Shown in pieces: positions 1 to 9,240 of a stretch of DNA of 64,000 bases. Both the position numbers and the translations under genes were made by a program. Below the pieces are notes generated by a model. It saw nothing but the letters and a program-made list of their open reading frames with translations. It did no database searches and was not told the DNA's origin. This DNA is from Candidatus Omnitrophota bacterium. GTDB lineage: Bacteria > Omnitrophota > Gorgyraeia > JAHJTE01. The stretch spans positions 71,674 through 135,673 of the forward strand of contig JAHJTE010000003.1 in NCBI GenBank assembly GCA_018830005.1, written 5' to 3'. Positions within the stretch are counted from its first letter, which is position 1. Every line of letters starts with the position of its first letter.

Positions 1-922
1 TATATTTATTTTTTGCCTTCGGTAACACTTCTGAAATTGTCTCAAGATATAACCTTTTCTTTGTAACATCTGGTGCCTTTTTATATTCGGCCCAGGTGGC
101 CAAGAAACGATTGGCCTCACCTTCGGCCCTATTAACCTTATCCAGCTTATAGCCTTCGGCTTCACGGATTGTCTTTTCTGCCACGCCTTTTGCTTTAGGG
201 ATTGCCTTATTGTATGCCTCCCAGGCCTGGTTAATCATGCGCTCTTTCTCCTGCTTTGCCTCATTAACCTCATTAAATGCCGGCTTTACTGTATCAGGTG
301 GATTAACATCTAGAAGTTTGACAGTTACGACTTTAATTCCAGTATCATAAGTGTCCAGCCTCTTCTGCATTTCTAACTGTGCAACATGACCTACCTCTTC
401 TCTATCTGTAGTAAGCACCGAATCTACTCTATAATCTCCCACTAATCGACGCATTACAGCCTCAGATATATCCCTTAATGTCTCTACAGGATTACGCACG
501 TTAAAAAGTAATTTTACAGGGTCATTAACCTTAAACTGCACAATCCAGCGAACATCCAGAATATTAAGATCACCTGTCAGCATAAGCGATTCATCAAGAA
601 ACTTCTGAGGTGAATAGCGAGTCTTAATTCCCGGACTTATGGTCCTTAGGCCAAACTCTTGCTTAAAAACCCTCTTGACCTTTACCGGCGTCACCTTATC
701 AATACCAAAAGGCATCTTAACATGTAGGCCAGGATTCGAAGTGGATTTATACCTACCGAATCTCTGCACTACCCCCACCTCTTCAGGGCCAATAGAATAG
801 ACAGAGCTGGCAAGAAGCGCCAAAATTGCTACACCTACAACCAAGGTAGGCAAAAATTTAACGTAGCGATTTATTTGGGCTCTTCCAACATTAATAATAT
901 CTTCGGGTGTGTTAAACTCCAT
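1..922 (-). CDS. hflK: FtsH protease modulator HflK (SPFH domain), 3' end outside the window
   Basis: Hand translation gives MEFNTPEDII...SVYSIGPEEVGVVQRFGRY...ESLMLTGDLNILDVRWIVQF...VNPPDTVKPAFNEVNEAKQEKER...AEGEANRF; AGGAGG RBS upstream. Not in the ORF track. Confidence 0.9.
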   Translation of the reverse strand, partial: MEFNTPEDIINVGRAQINRYVKFLPTLVVGVAILALLASSVYSIGPEEVGVVQRFGRYKSTSNPGLHVKMPFGIDKVTPVKVKRVFKQEFGLRTISPGIKTRYSPQKFLDESLMLTGDLNILDVRWIVQFKVNDPVKLLFNVRNPVETLRDISEAVMRRLVGDYRVDSVLTTDREEVGHVAQLEMQKRLDTYDTGIKVVTVKLLDVNPPDTVKPAFNEVNEAKQEKERMINQAWEAYNKAIPKAKGVAEKTIREAEGYKLDKVNRAEGEANRFLATWAEYKKAPDVTKKRLYLETISEVLPKAKNKY

Positions 923-1168
923 ATTAAACCTCCTTAAAATGAGTGGATAATCTCGAAGTTCGGGATTATTAGGATGATTTCTTCACCCGCCTGCAAACAT
1001 TCTCTGGCGGATTAATGAGACTGCAAAAGGTCTTCTAATGGATAGAAAAACAGCAGCAATGCAGATTGTAGCCTTATACATCTAAGTTGTCAAGGGGAAA
1101 ATCTTAAAGCTAAAATATTATTGCTTATCAATAAGGGTAATAAGTAATCTCTTCCATAAAATATTCAC

Positions 1169-1666
1169 TTAAACAAGCTGCCTCCAAATCTTCTTATATA
1201 CTTCTAAATCACTATTTGAAAAACAGATAAATCTAATCTCATCAAAGTCCTTTTCAAATTCTTTACCCAGAGTCAAGGCTATTTTTGTTGCTGCTTCAAT
1301 TGGATAGCCATATACGCCTGTACTTATTGCGCAGAATGCGATTGTCTTTAAGTTGTGTTTCTTAGCCAGAAGAAAACTATTTCTATAGCAATTCCTTAAA
1401 AGCTCTGACTCTCTTTTTTCGCCTCCCTGCCATATTGGTCCTGGGGTATGTATAATCCTCTTTGCCTTTAGCTTACCAGCAGCGGTCATCACTGCTTCGC
1501 CAGTTTTACACCCGCCAATCTTACGGCATTCTTCTAAAACTGACAGACCTGCGGCCTTATGAATCGCACCGTCTACGCCGCCACCACCAGCTAATCTAGT
1601 ATTTGCGGCATTAACAATCACATCCACATCTTCAGCTGTTATATCAGCTTTTTTTATAGTTATCAT
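1169..1666 (-). CDS. Macrodomain protein (O-acetyl-ADP-ribose deacetylase, YmdB-like)
   Basis: [25 protein letters not shown] and [10 protein letters not shown] motifs; start moved to the ATG at 1666 behind an AGGAG RBS. Confidence 0.9.
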   Translation of the reverse strand: MITIKKADITAEDVDVIVNAANTRLAGGGGVDGAIHKAAGLSVLEECRKIGGCKTGEAVMTAAGKLKAKRIIHTPGPIWQGGEKRESELLRNCYRNSFLLAKKHNLKTIAFCAISTGVYGYPIEAATKIALTLGKEFEKDFDEIRFICFSNSDLEVYKKIWRQLV

Positions 1667-1846
1667 GTAGGCTCCTTTGACATTATTATACTCCACCCGG
1701 ACCAATAATCTAAGGATAAATTGCACTATACCCCTAAAATACTTATCCTAAAAATTGACTAGTTATTGTTAGCATGTTATACTTTAAAGAGAAGGGGCTA
1801 TATTGTGTAAAATCAATAACTTAGCTCTATTATCCTAATTAAGATC

Positions 1847-2473
1847 ATGTTTAAGAATAAAAAAGGCTTTAGCCTGATAGAATTAGTAGTGGCAATTGTT
1901 ATTATGGTTATCCTTGCTTTGGCTGCGACTTCGCGCTTTGGCTCATATAACACACTAAGATTAGCCTCAGCAGCAAGAAAGACAGCAGCTGACCTGCAGT
2001 ATGCCCAGCAATTGGCTATAAGCGACAGTACGCTGGTTTCAGCAGGACAAGTAGATGGCTCAACTGCCTTTACTACAAAAGAATGGGTCCTAGAGTTTGA
2101 CACGACTACTAATACTTATACCTTGTATCCGAATGTTTGGTTTTTTGTAATGTCAGGTGATAATTATTTTTTTGATGATCCGATCCAGGACCCTTACACA
2201 AAGGATGATTTCATTGTTGATTTAGAAGAATATGGAGTGAGCATAAACTCTATTAACTGCAATGGAGGAGGAAACGATACTATAATCTTTACTACAGGCA
2301 ATCCTCCAATCTGCGCTCAGAGACAGGCATGCAGCACTCCTATTGGCAATCTGCATTGCTACGGCATTCGCTCACCATTAACTGCAGATGCCACAATAAC
2401 CTTGCAATACGATGCTGATCTAAGCACCCGAAATGTAACAATATCAGAAACAGGAAGGATCCAGGTGCAGTAA
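1847..2473 (+). CDS. Prepilin-type N-methylation protein (FimT/GspH-like)
   Basis: KKG^FSLIEL class III signal, hydrophobic helix, ADLQYAQQLA, C-terminal ISETGRI. Confidence 0.85.
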   Translation: MFKNKKGFSLIELVVAIVIMVILALAATSRFGSYNTLRLASAARKTAADLQYAQQLAISDSTLVSAGQVDGSTAFTTKEWVLEFDTTTNTYTLYPNVWFFVMSGDNYFFDDPIQDPYTKDDFIVDLEEYGVSINSINCNGGGNDTIIFTTGNPPICAQRQACSTPIGNLHCYGIRSPLTADATITLQYDADLSTRNVTISETGRIQVQ

Positions 2474-2940
2474 TGAAACTTAAAATAAGAGCGGTTAGTC
2501 TGATTGAATTACTTATATTGATGGCTGTTTTGGCTATCAGCGTGTCGCCTCTTCTGTTCATGTTTAATAATGCCTTCAGGTCTCAAGAAATGAACCTGAT
2601 TATTACAAAGGCGACTTTTCTGGCTCAGGAGATAATGGAGACGCAGACGTTCAGGGATTTTTATGATCTGCAAAATGATGCCATTGTTTATTTAGATCAA
2701 ACAGGAGACTTTTCTTCTCTCTTAGGTATATGTACTGGAAATGAATGCGTTCAGGAACCAGATTATAACTTCCAATACAGCATCCGATGTATTTATCCTA
2801 ATGTAGCAGATTTAGGAAGTGCTGCAGCAGTACTGCCTTTGGGAGAATATAGCAATTACGTGCGTATAAATGCCCGAGTCTGGCATAATGATTTTCCTAA
2901 TAGGGTAGTGGAGCTGGCAACCTTGGTTACTCCTGATTAA
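2473..2940 (+). CDS. Minor pilin (PilV/GspI-like)
   Basis: RA^VSLIEL pilin N-terminus with Glu at +5; KATFLAQEIME helix; start overlaps the previous stop codon. Confidence 0.75.
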   Translation: MKLKIRAVSLIELLILMAVLAISVSPLLFMFNNAFRSQEMNLIITKATFLAQEIMETQTFRDFYDLQNDAIVYLDQTGDFSSLLGICTGNECVQEPDYNFQYSIRCIYPNVADLGSAAAVLPLGEYSNYVRINARVWHNDFPNRVVELATLVTPD

Positions 2941-2967
2941 GCTCTTGAATCACTGGTGGAAACGTAT

Positions 2968-3585
2968 ATGAAAAACATAATGATTTTATTCAAATCCAGA
3001 TATTCTAAACGAAACAGAGATTCACTAAAGGGCTTCTCTCTTATCGAACTATGTATCTCAATAGCGATCATGGGCATTTTAGCAGTTATCTTTGCTCCTG
3101 TAATGAGCATGGGTATAGAGTCAGCCCTTTTTAACCTGGACCGTAATTATGTAATAAGAGAGGCTAGAGGCGTTCTTCATACCATGGCCATGGAGATAAG
3201 TAGGGCTGATGTAATAGATGATTCTGACTCTGCCTCTATTACGTTTCATCCTGCAGGAATACCTCCTGCTGACCGGGTGACGTTTACCAGCTCAGGGACG
3301 AGTCAAGAAAACGTTGCTAGGAGCTACTTTGATGATGCTAGCTCTTCAACAACAACTAAGACGATCACTCTTTGTTGCGATAATCCTCCCTGCTGCGACA
3401 GTCCACCTTGTCTGCCGGTGTATTTTGAATATGTGCCATATTGGGGAGGAGTAACCTGGAATTCTTGTGGAGCAGGAATAAATTGTAACGAGGTTCGATT
3501 AGTTAGAATACAGTTGCGCATGAACAGAGAAAGCGGCAGTGAGATTACGCTAACCACAAGTGTAAGACTGCGTAATATGCAATGA
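2968..3585 (+). CDS. Minor pilin (PilW/GspJ-like), Cys-rich
   Basis: KG^FSLIEL; C-terminal VRLVRIQL...LTTSVRLRN typical of PilW/PulJ-like proteins. Confidence 0.8.
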   Translation: MKNIMILFKSRYSKRNRDSLKGFSLIELCISIAIMGILAVIFAPVMSMGIESALFNLDRNYVIREARGVLHTMAMEISRADVIDDSDSASITFHPAGIPPADRVTFTSSGTSQENVARSYFDDASSSTTTKTITLCCDNPPCCDSPPCLPVYFEYVPYWGGVTWNSCGAGINCNEVRLVRIQLRMNRESGSEITLTTSVRLRNMQ

Positions 3586-3595
3586 GGCTATAATC

Positions 3596-5011
3596 ATGAA
3601 AATTAAAAGCCCAATAAAGATATGCTTAAACTCAGAAAAAGCCATAGCCTTAATCCTGGGCATATGGATTATACTGGCATTCTCAGTTCTTGGGCTCCTA
3701 TCCCTATCCATAACCACTTCTGAGGATGATATCTACATTAAGTATTTAAATTCTGTCCAGGCCTTTTATCTGGCAGAGGCAGGCAGACATTATGCCTATG
3801 ATTACTATCTAGGCTGGGGCATAGAATTTACTGATGAAGATTCATTCCCAGAAACTGTAACTAAGAATTTTGGCTCAGGCTCATTTAGAATAACCTATGA
3901 TCCTTATATGCCAGCTAGCAGAGCGCAAAAATCCACTAACTTGGTTGTACAGGCAACACAGGCAGATGCAAAGAGAAGAATTAATCAGGCTATTGAAATA
4001 CCTAATAGAAGCAGTGGCACTGATGACTCTTACCTAATATATGGAATTACTGGTACTGCTTTCGATACCGCAGGTATTTATGACTCTGATATTAAAAGCG
4101 GGGGTGTCTATTCCAGCTCTATTATAGGAAGTGCAATATTTCAGGATATAAACTTTGGCTCTGTATCAGCTCATATCCAAAATGTATATACTAAGGCCCA
4201 TGTAAATAAAAGCGTCACATTCACTAATTGCACCGGCTATATTGATAACCTTTTTGTTGAAGGGCCAGCTACTATTACTATAAATGGCGGCTCACTGAAC
4301 ATATCTAATATATCTTATGCAGCTCTGCCTGTGCCTATTCCTGGTGGAGGAGGACATCTTCTTTCTAAAATGACTTATGTATCACACATAACAAAGGCTG
4401 AAAATCAAAATGTTGGGGGTGCGGTTCTTAGCGGCGACCTAACAGGAAAGGCCTACTATTTTGATAGTGCCCTTGTCTCTATTAACGGAAATCTTTCGGG
4501 TGGGCCAGCTATTATTGTCGTAGCCAGAGAAGGCTCAGACGCTGGTGATATCAGCATTGCTAATGGAGTCAACATCGGTGATAGAATTACCCTTGTTGCC
4601 AAAAGGCATATCATTGTTGGGGATAACGTAGTCATAGGCGGCACCCTGCAGGGATCTGGTAGTTCAGAATATATTGATGGCAGGGGCTGCTTTCTGCATG
4701 CTAATGCTGGCGATATTACTGTTGGAATAAATGCGCGTATAAAGGCCTCTATGCAGACCGACTCAGATGCCGTTCTTCCTAAAACTAAAATTGTACTAGG
4801 AGCAGGCTCTAAGGTCTGGGGCTTAGTAGCACCTGGTAGAGACGGAATTGGAAATCCAGGCTCGACAAGGACTATCTACGGCTCTCTGCGACCACGCAAT
4901 AGCACCTCTACTACCACAGTTAGAGATATTGATATATACCATGACAGCGAGCCACATATCATAGGACACATCACTGACTTTAGCTCTCAAGGCATCTGGA
5001 GAGCTTTCTAA
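3596..5011 (+). CDS. PilX/GspK-like pilin-associated protein with a Gly/Ile/Val-rich C-terminal beta-solenoid-like region
   Basis: KAIALILGIWII N-terminus lacking Glu at +5; SVQAFYLAEAG PilX N-terminal motif; ends WRAF. Confidence 0.75.
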   Translation: MKIKSPIKICLNSEKAIALILGIWIILAFSVLGLLSLSITTSEDDIYIKYLNSVQAFYLAEAGRHYAYDYYLGWGIEFTDEDSFPETVTKNFGSGSFRITYDPYMPASRAQKSTNLVVQATQADAKRRINQAIEIPNRSSGTDDSYLIYGITGTAFDTAGIYDSDIKSGGVYSSSIIGSAIFQDINFGSVSAHIQNVYTKAHVNKSVTFTNCTGYIDNLFVEGPATITINGGSLNISNISYAALPVPIPGGGGHLLSKMTYVSHITKAENQNVGGAVLSGDLTGKAYYFDSALVSINGNLSGGPAIIVVAREGSDAGDISIANGVNIGDRITLVAKRHIIVGDNVVIGGTLQGSGSSEYIDGRGCFLHANAGDITVGINARIKASMQTDSDAVLPKTKIVLGAGSKVWGLVAPGRDGIGNPGSTRTIYGSLRPRNSTSTTTVRDIDIYHDSEPHIIGHITDFSSQGIWRAF

Positions 5012-5155
5012 AACAATCTCCTCCCTCTTTTGCTTCTCTTAAAACCCTGTTTTCTTAAGAAGAAAGAAATCTCTATTAATTCCTTTAGAGAAATTTAGAA
5101 AAATCTGCATTAAGAAGAAATTTGATGAAAGAATTGTTGCTAATTAAGGTGGGGC

Positions 5156-5521
5156 TTAACGAATCAGAAACCTATTCTTTACCTTCTTTGCCTTGAAAAA
5201 TTGACAGGTGAATTCTCTTGCGAGTGCATGGTTGTATTCCTTACAGGAAAAGATGTTTATATATGCCTTGTCCCAAAGTTCAGAAAAATGACCTGTAATA
5301 GAGCTTGTTTCGATCAACTGCACCAAGGAATACCCTTTGGTGAACGCCTGGTTTTCGCCAAAATAAGGAAGCAGTGTTTTTCCGTACTTTTTCATCTTTA
5401 TCAGCTTGCATAATTTATCAACGTATTCCTGCAGTTTTTTCCTGGAACTAAGGACTTCCTTATTGCAGCCGGATAAATCCATTACCAATTCGTAACCAAA
5501 AACCTTTTTACTTTTTGCCAT
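5156..5521 (-). CDS. AdoMetDC/SpeD-like pyruvoyl decarboxylase paralogue (possibly ornithine or arginine decarboxylase)
   Basis: GYELVMDLSGC, GYSLVQLIETSSITGHF and YINIFSCK; lacks the canonical ESH site. Confidence 0.75.
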   Translation of the reverse strand: MAKSKKVFGYELVMDLSGCNKEVLSSRKKLQEYVDKLCKLIKMKKYGKTLLPYFGENQAFTKGYSLVQLIETSSITGHFSELWDKAYINIFSCKEYNHALAREFTCQFFKAKKVKNRFLIR

Positions 5522-6356
5522 TTACTATCCCCCTTAAGTAACTAGGTAATTTAGAACTAGCAAAATGAATCTGTGGATTATAATATTTTGTTTTTAAATT
5601 TAACTTTTTGTATCTAGACTCTATTTTCCTAAAAGATAAACCTTGAAAATTAATTCCTTTTGCCCCAATAAGAAAACTAAAAAAGCCGCCAATGTATGTT
5701 GGTATAGCAGCAAGTCCTATAGTTACAGAAGGAAAAATTTTCTTAAGCAGTTTATAATTCTGTTTTAGCTCATCCTGCTGCAGCATGCTAGAACCTGCCT
5801 GTCTTATCATTATACCTCTATTCTTCAATATTGAAAATATATCTTTGTAAAATTTTTTGCCAAAGAGTACCTTTGCCGGCCCTACTGGATCAGGGGAATC
5901 AACGATCACTATATCAAATTCTTTACTTTTATCTCTCACAAACCTCGCCCCATCATCAAGGATTATACTTAGCCGCTTATCGCAAAAGGCGCCTTTTGAT
6001 AAAGACGGCAGGTATTTTTTTGAAGCGCGGATTACTTCTGTGTCAATCTCCACTAAATCAACATGCCTAACTTTATGCCTTAAGACCTCCCGTAATATAC
6101 CTCCGTCTCCGGCGCCAATAACCAAAACATCCTTTGGATTTGGATGTGCGAAAAGAACCGGATGAGTAAGCATCTCATGATAAATGAATTCATCATTTTC
6201 CGTAGTCTGGATTACGTTATCTAAGAGCATCAGCTTTCCAAAGCGATGATTCTTATATATCTTCAAATCCTGATAGGCAGTTTTTTTCCGATGCAGGAGT
6301 CTACCATTGAAACCCAACCTCACATCAGGATATAATGTCTCGTGAAACCAGCTCAC
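5508..6356 (-). CDS. speE: Spermidine synthase (aminopropyltransferase)
   Basis: DEFIYHEML, VLVIGAGDGG, VEID and IIVDSPDP motifs. Confidence 0.95.
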   Translation of the reverse strand: MSWFHETLYPDVRLGFNGRLLHRKKTAYQDLKIYKNHRFGKLMLLDNVIQTTENDEFIYHEMLTHPVLFAHPNPKDVLVIGAGDGGILREVLRHKVRHVDLVEIDTEVIRASKKYLPSLSKGAFCDKRLSIILDDGARFVRDKSKEFDIVIVDSPDPVGPAKVLFGKKFYKDIFSILKNRGIMIRQAGSSMLQQDELKQNYKLLKKIFPSVTIGLAAIPTYIGGFFSFLIGAKGINFQGLSFRKIESRYKKLNLKTKYYNPQIHFASSKLPSYLRGIVNGKK

Positions 6357-6727
6357 ATTATGCCTCTCTTTACTTCTACCACCTGTATTCTTTTGGGTCT
6401 AAAACCTTGCTTTATAGTCTTGAGCGCCTTATAAGGATCGACGTTACCACAGACAAATATATCCATGGCTGCATACTTATACTCCGGCCAGGTGTGAATA
6501 CTCAAATGTGATTCGGAAATCACTGCAACTCCAGATATTCCACTATAAGGAGAAAATTTATGGAGTGATATTTTAAGAAGGGTTGCTTGGCAGGCCTTAA
6601 CAGAATCTTTTAATATCTTTCTGATTTTAACAAGAGATGAGAAATGCCGACCATCCCAAAGCTCAATAAGCAGGTGAGTCCCGGCATATTTTATATCTTG
6701 ACGACTGGAACAATACTCTTTTTTCAT
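6353..6727 (-). CDS. speD: S-adenosylmethionine decarboxylase proenzyme
   Basis: GISGVAVISE^SHLSIHTWPE self-cleavage motif; DIFVCG. Confidence 0.93.
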   Translation of the reverse strand: MKKEYCSSRQDIKYAGTHLLIELWDGRHFSSLVKIRKILKDSVKACQATLLKISLHKFSPYSGISGVAVISESHLSIHTWPEYKYAAMDIFVCGNVDPYKALKTIKQGFRPKRIQVVEVKRGIM

Positions 6728-6940
6728 CCCCTCGCTTTATTCTCTCTCTCGTGGATCGCATATAGTCCTTGAATCTTATATTTACCTTATATTAAAGCAA
6801 TTTTTCACCAATTTGCAAGAGTTTTTTAATCTTTTTTAAGAAAAGGCTTATTTGCGTCTTTCAGCTGCTCTTCTCTTTGCACTTGAAAGCAAGCCTTGCA
6901 AAGAGAGCCTATCCTATAAAGCTTAACTTGATTTTATCTT

Positions 6941-7297
6941 TTATACCTTTAAAAATATTATGCCCATAATAATGTAAATTACTGCCAAGCTCTTATATAA
7001 CTTTACAGGCTGTTTAGAAAACCACTCTAAAAGCCTATCCGTCGCCTTGCCTTTTAAGAGGAGAAAGGCCTTGATAATAGCAACTATTGCAAAAAGCATA
7101 AATACCTTAGCCCACAAACCGCTTGCTTCAAGTCCGGCGACAATAAAAAGAAATGCAATAACTATTGCCAACGCAAACAAATATCTTTTTACTTTCTTTG
7201 TGGTCTTCTTTAGCAATTTGTTCTTAAGCCATTCTGGTTTTAGAAAAAACACGATTCCCCAAATAATAAATAACCATCCCAAAATCTTTACAATCAT
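6941..7297 (-). CDS. Small 4-TM membrane protein of unknown function
   Basis: Four hydrophobic segments, AGGAGG RBS, last gene of the ABC operon. Confidence 0.7.
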   Translation of the reverse strand: MIVKILGWLFIIWGIVFFLKPEWLKNKLLKKTTKKVKRYLFALAIVIAFLFIVAGLEASGLWAKVFMLFAIVAIIKAFLLLKGKATDRLLEWFSKQPVKLYKSLAVIYIIMGIIFLKV

Positions 7298-7316
7298 TTC
7301 TGCCTCCTTTTCTACG

Positions 7317-8399
7317 TTATAATTCTATCCTCTTGCCGTGCTCATCAAAGAAATACATCTTTTTTGCATCAATCTTTAATCTGACAAGCTTTGTTGAGCT
7401 TAAGGCAAGACCCTCATCTATCTTCATGGTTATTTCTACATCTTGAGACAAAGATATATGAGCATAGTGGTCTTCTTCTAATGTCTGCGTAAAGATAATC
7501 TCACCGACAAGCTCACCTCCTTCGGAAATCTTAACTGCAGTAGGCCGGAATCCAAGATATACCATATTATCGTTATGTCGCTCTAGCTTCGCTTGAAACT
7601 CTAAGGGTATAACGAGCTTAAAATCTAAATTTTTAAGAACCAATTTTTCTTCAAATCTGGTTACCTTTGCCTGGATTATATTCATTGCCGGCATTCCCAT
7701 GAATCCGGCAATGAAAAGATTAGCAGGATCATGGTAGATTTGAGAAGGTGCTCCTATCTGTTGAATCTGACCGTCTTTTAGCACAACAATAAGTTCCCCT
7801 AATGCAAGGGCCTCTTGCTGATCATGGGTTACATAAATTGTCGTCTTTTTAAACTGTTTATGAAGTTTTATAAATTCTGTCCGCGATTGAACACGCAGAC
7901 GCGCATCAAGATTAGAAAGCGGTTCATCGAAAAGAAATAACTTAGGCTCTCTCACTATCGCCCGACCCGTTGCCACCCTTTGTTTCTGAGCCCCGGAAAG
8001 CTCTCCAGGAAAATTCTCGAGCTTATCCTTTATGCCCAATAACTCACTTGTCGCTCTGATCCTTACGCGTATATCCTTCTCCATCAATCCCTTAATTCGC
8101 AGGCCAAATGCCATATTCTCATAAACTGAAAGGTGCGGATAAAGCGCATAATTCTGAAACACAAAAGCAATATCACGCTTATGTACGGGAAGCTTTGTTA
8201 TGTCCTTGCCTTCAAAGTATATCTTGCCAGAATCTGCCTCTTCCAAGCCAGCGATGACGTTAAGAAGTGTTGACTTGCCGCATCCAGAAGGACCAAGCAC
8301 AACGCAAAATTGGCCTTGCTTTATCTCTAGATTGATACCGACGAGCGCCTTTAGTTTACCGAAATCTTTTGAAATATCTACTAATTCTAAACTAGTCAT
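7317..8399 (-). CDS. Sugar ABC transporter ATPase (MalK/UgpC-like, TOBE C-terminus)
   Basis: GPSGCGKST, FQNYALYPH, LSGAQKQR, LFDEPLSNLD, YVTHDQ. Confidence 0.93.
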   Translation of the reverse strand: MTSLELVDISKDFGKLKALVGINLEIKQGQFCVVLGPSGCGKSTLLNVIAGLEEADSGKIYFEGKDITKLPVHKRDIAFVFQNYALYPHLSVYENMAFGLRIKGLMEKDIRVRIRATSELLGIKDKLENFPGELSGAQKQRVATGRAIVREPKLFLFDEPLSNLDARLRVQSRTEFIKLHKQFKKTTIYVTHDQQEALALGELIVVLKDGQIQQIGAPSQIYHDPANLFIAGFMGMPAMNIIQAKVTRFEEKLVLKNLDFKLVIPLEFQAKLERHNDNMVYLGFRPTAVKISEGGELVGEIIFTQTLEEDHYAHISLSQDVEITMKIDEGLALSSTKLVRLKIDAKKMYFFDEHGKRIEL

Positions 8400-8402
8400 A
8401 AT

Positions 8403-9209
8403 CTACCCCTTTATTGCACCGGAAAGATATTCTGCCTTTATATATTTCTGAAAAGTAAAAGTTAATATCAAAACAGGAATAGTAATAATCATTGCATAGG
8501 TTGCTGAATAAAATATGTCTGGGTGTGATACATAATAATACATCTTAAGCGGCAGGGTCGGATGTGCTAGGGTCAAATAAGACGCATATATGAATTCATC
8601 CCAAGAAAGTAAAAATGAGAATATTCCGGCAACAACTATACCGCTAAGTGAAAGCGGTAAAACTATCCAGATGAATGCCCTTAATCTAGAGCAACCATCA
8701 ATGCGTGCCTGCTTTTCAAGATCAATTGGTATGCTAGAAAATATCCCGACAAGGATAAAACAAGCAACTGGTAAGATCTTTATAAGGTGTGCGATAGCCA
8801 GACCGAAATAAGTATCAAAAAGACCAATTTTTATAAAGCCGATTGATATCGGTAGGGCTATGCTTATCTCCGGCATCATCCTAAGCATAAATATAAGTAA
8901 AATTAATATATAGCGCAAGCGATAATTGAATTTTGAGATAGCATAGGCTGAAGGTATAGCAATTAATAAACTAAAAAACGTAGACAGGAGCGCAACTACA
9001 AGACTCTTTCTTAGCGGCAAGAAAAACGTTCCTCGGGAGGCAAATATATCTTTAAAATGACTTAAGGTAAAATGCCTTATTAGATAGGATGGTTTTTCAG
9101 TAAAGATATCACTTGGCTGACTCACTGATATCTTAAACATTATATAGAGCGGAAAAAGCAAAAGGATCGTAAAGATAATAACTACTAAGAATATGGTTGC
9201 TTGCTTCAT
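8403..9209 (-). CDS. Carbohydrate ABC permease (MalG-like)
   Basis: EAA loop LEKQARIDGCS; SWDEF; multiple TM segments. Confidence 0.9.
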   Translation of the reverse strand: MKQATIFLVVIIFTILLLFPLYIMFKISVSQPSDIFTEKPSYLIRHFTLSHFKDIFASRGTFFLPLRKSLVVALLSTFFSLLIAIPSAYAISKFNYRLRYILILLIFMLRMMPEISIALPISIGFIKIGLFDTYFGLAIAHLIKILPVACFILVGIFSSIPIDLEKQARIDGCSRLRAFIWIVLPLSLSGIVVAGIFSFLLSWDEFIYASYLTLAHPTLPLKMYYYVSHPDIFYSATYAMIITIPVLILTFTFQKYIKAEYLSGAIKG

Positions 9210-9240
9210 CTCTTAAAATATTTTTTTATTTGATTCTAAA

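Noticed and set aside
1169-1666. Macrodomain as DarG or Thoeris component
   Set aside because: Stand-alone YmdB-like protein with no DarT, TIR or SIR2 neighbour.
1847-5011. Pilin diversification by a DGR or shufflon
   Set aside because: No reverse transcriptase, template repeat, invertase or inverted recombination sites were seen.
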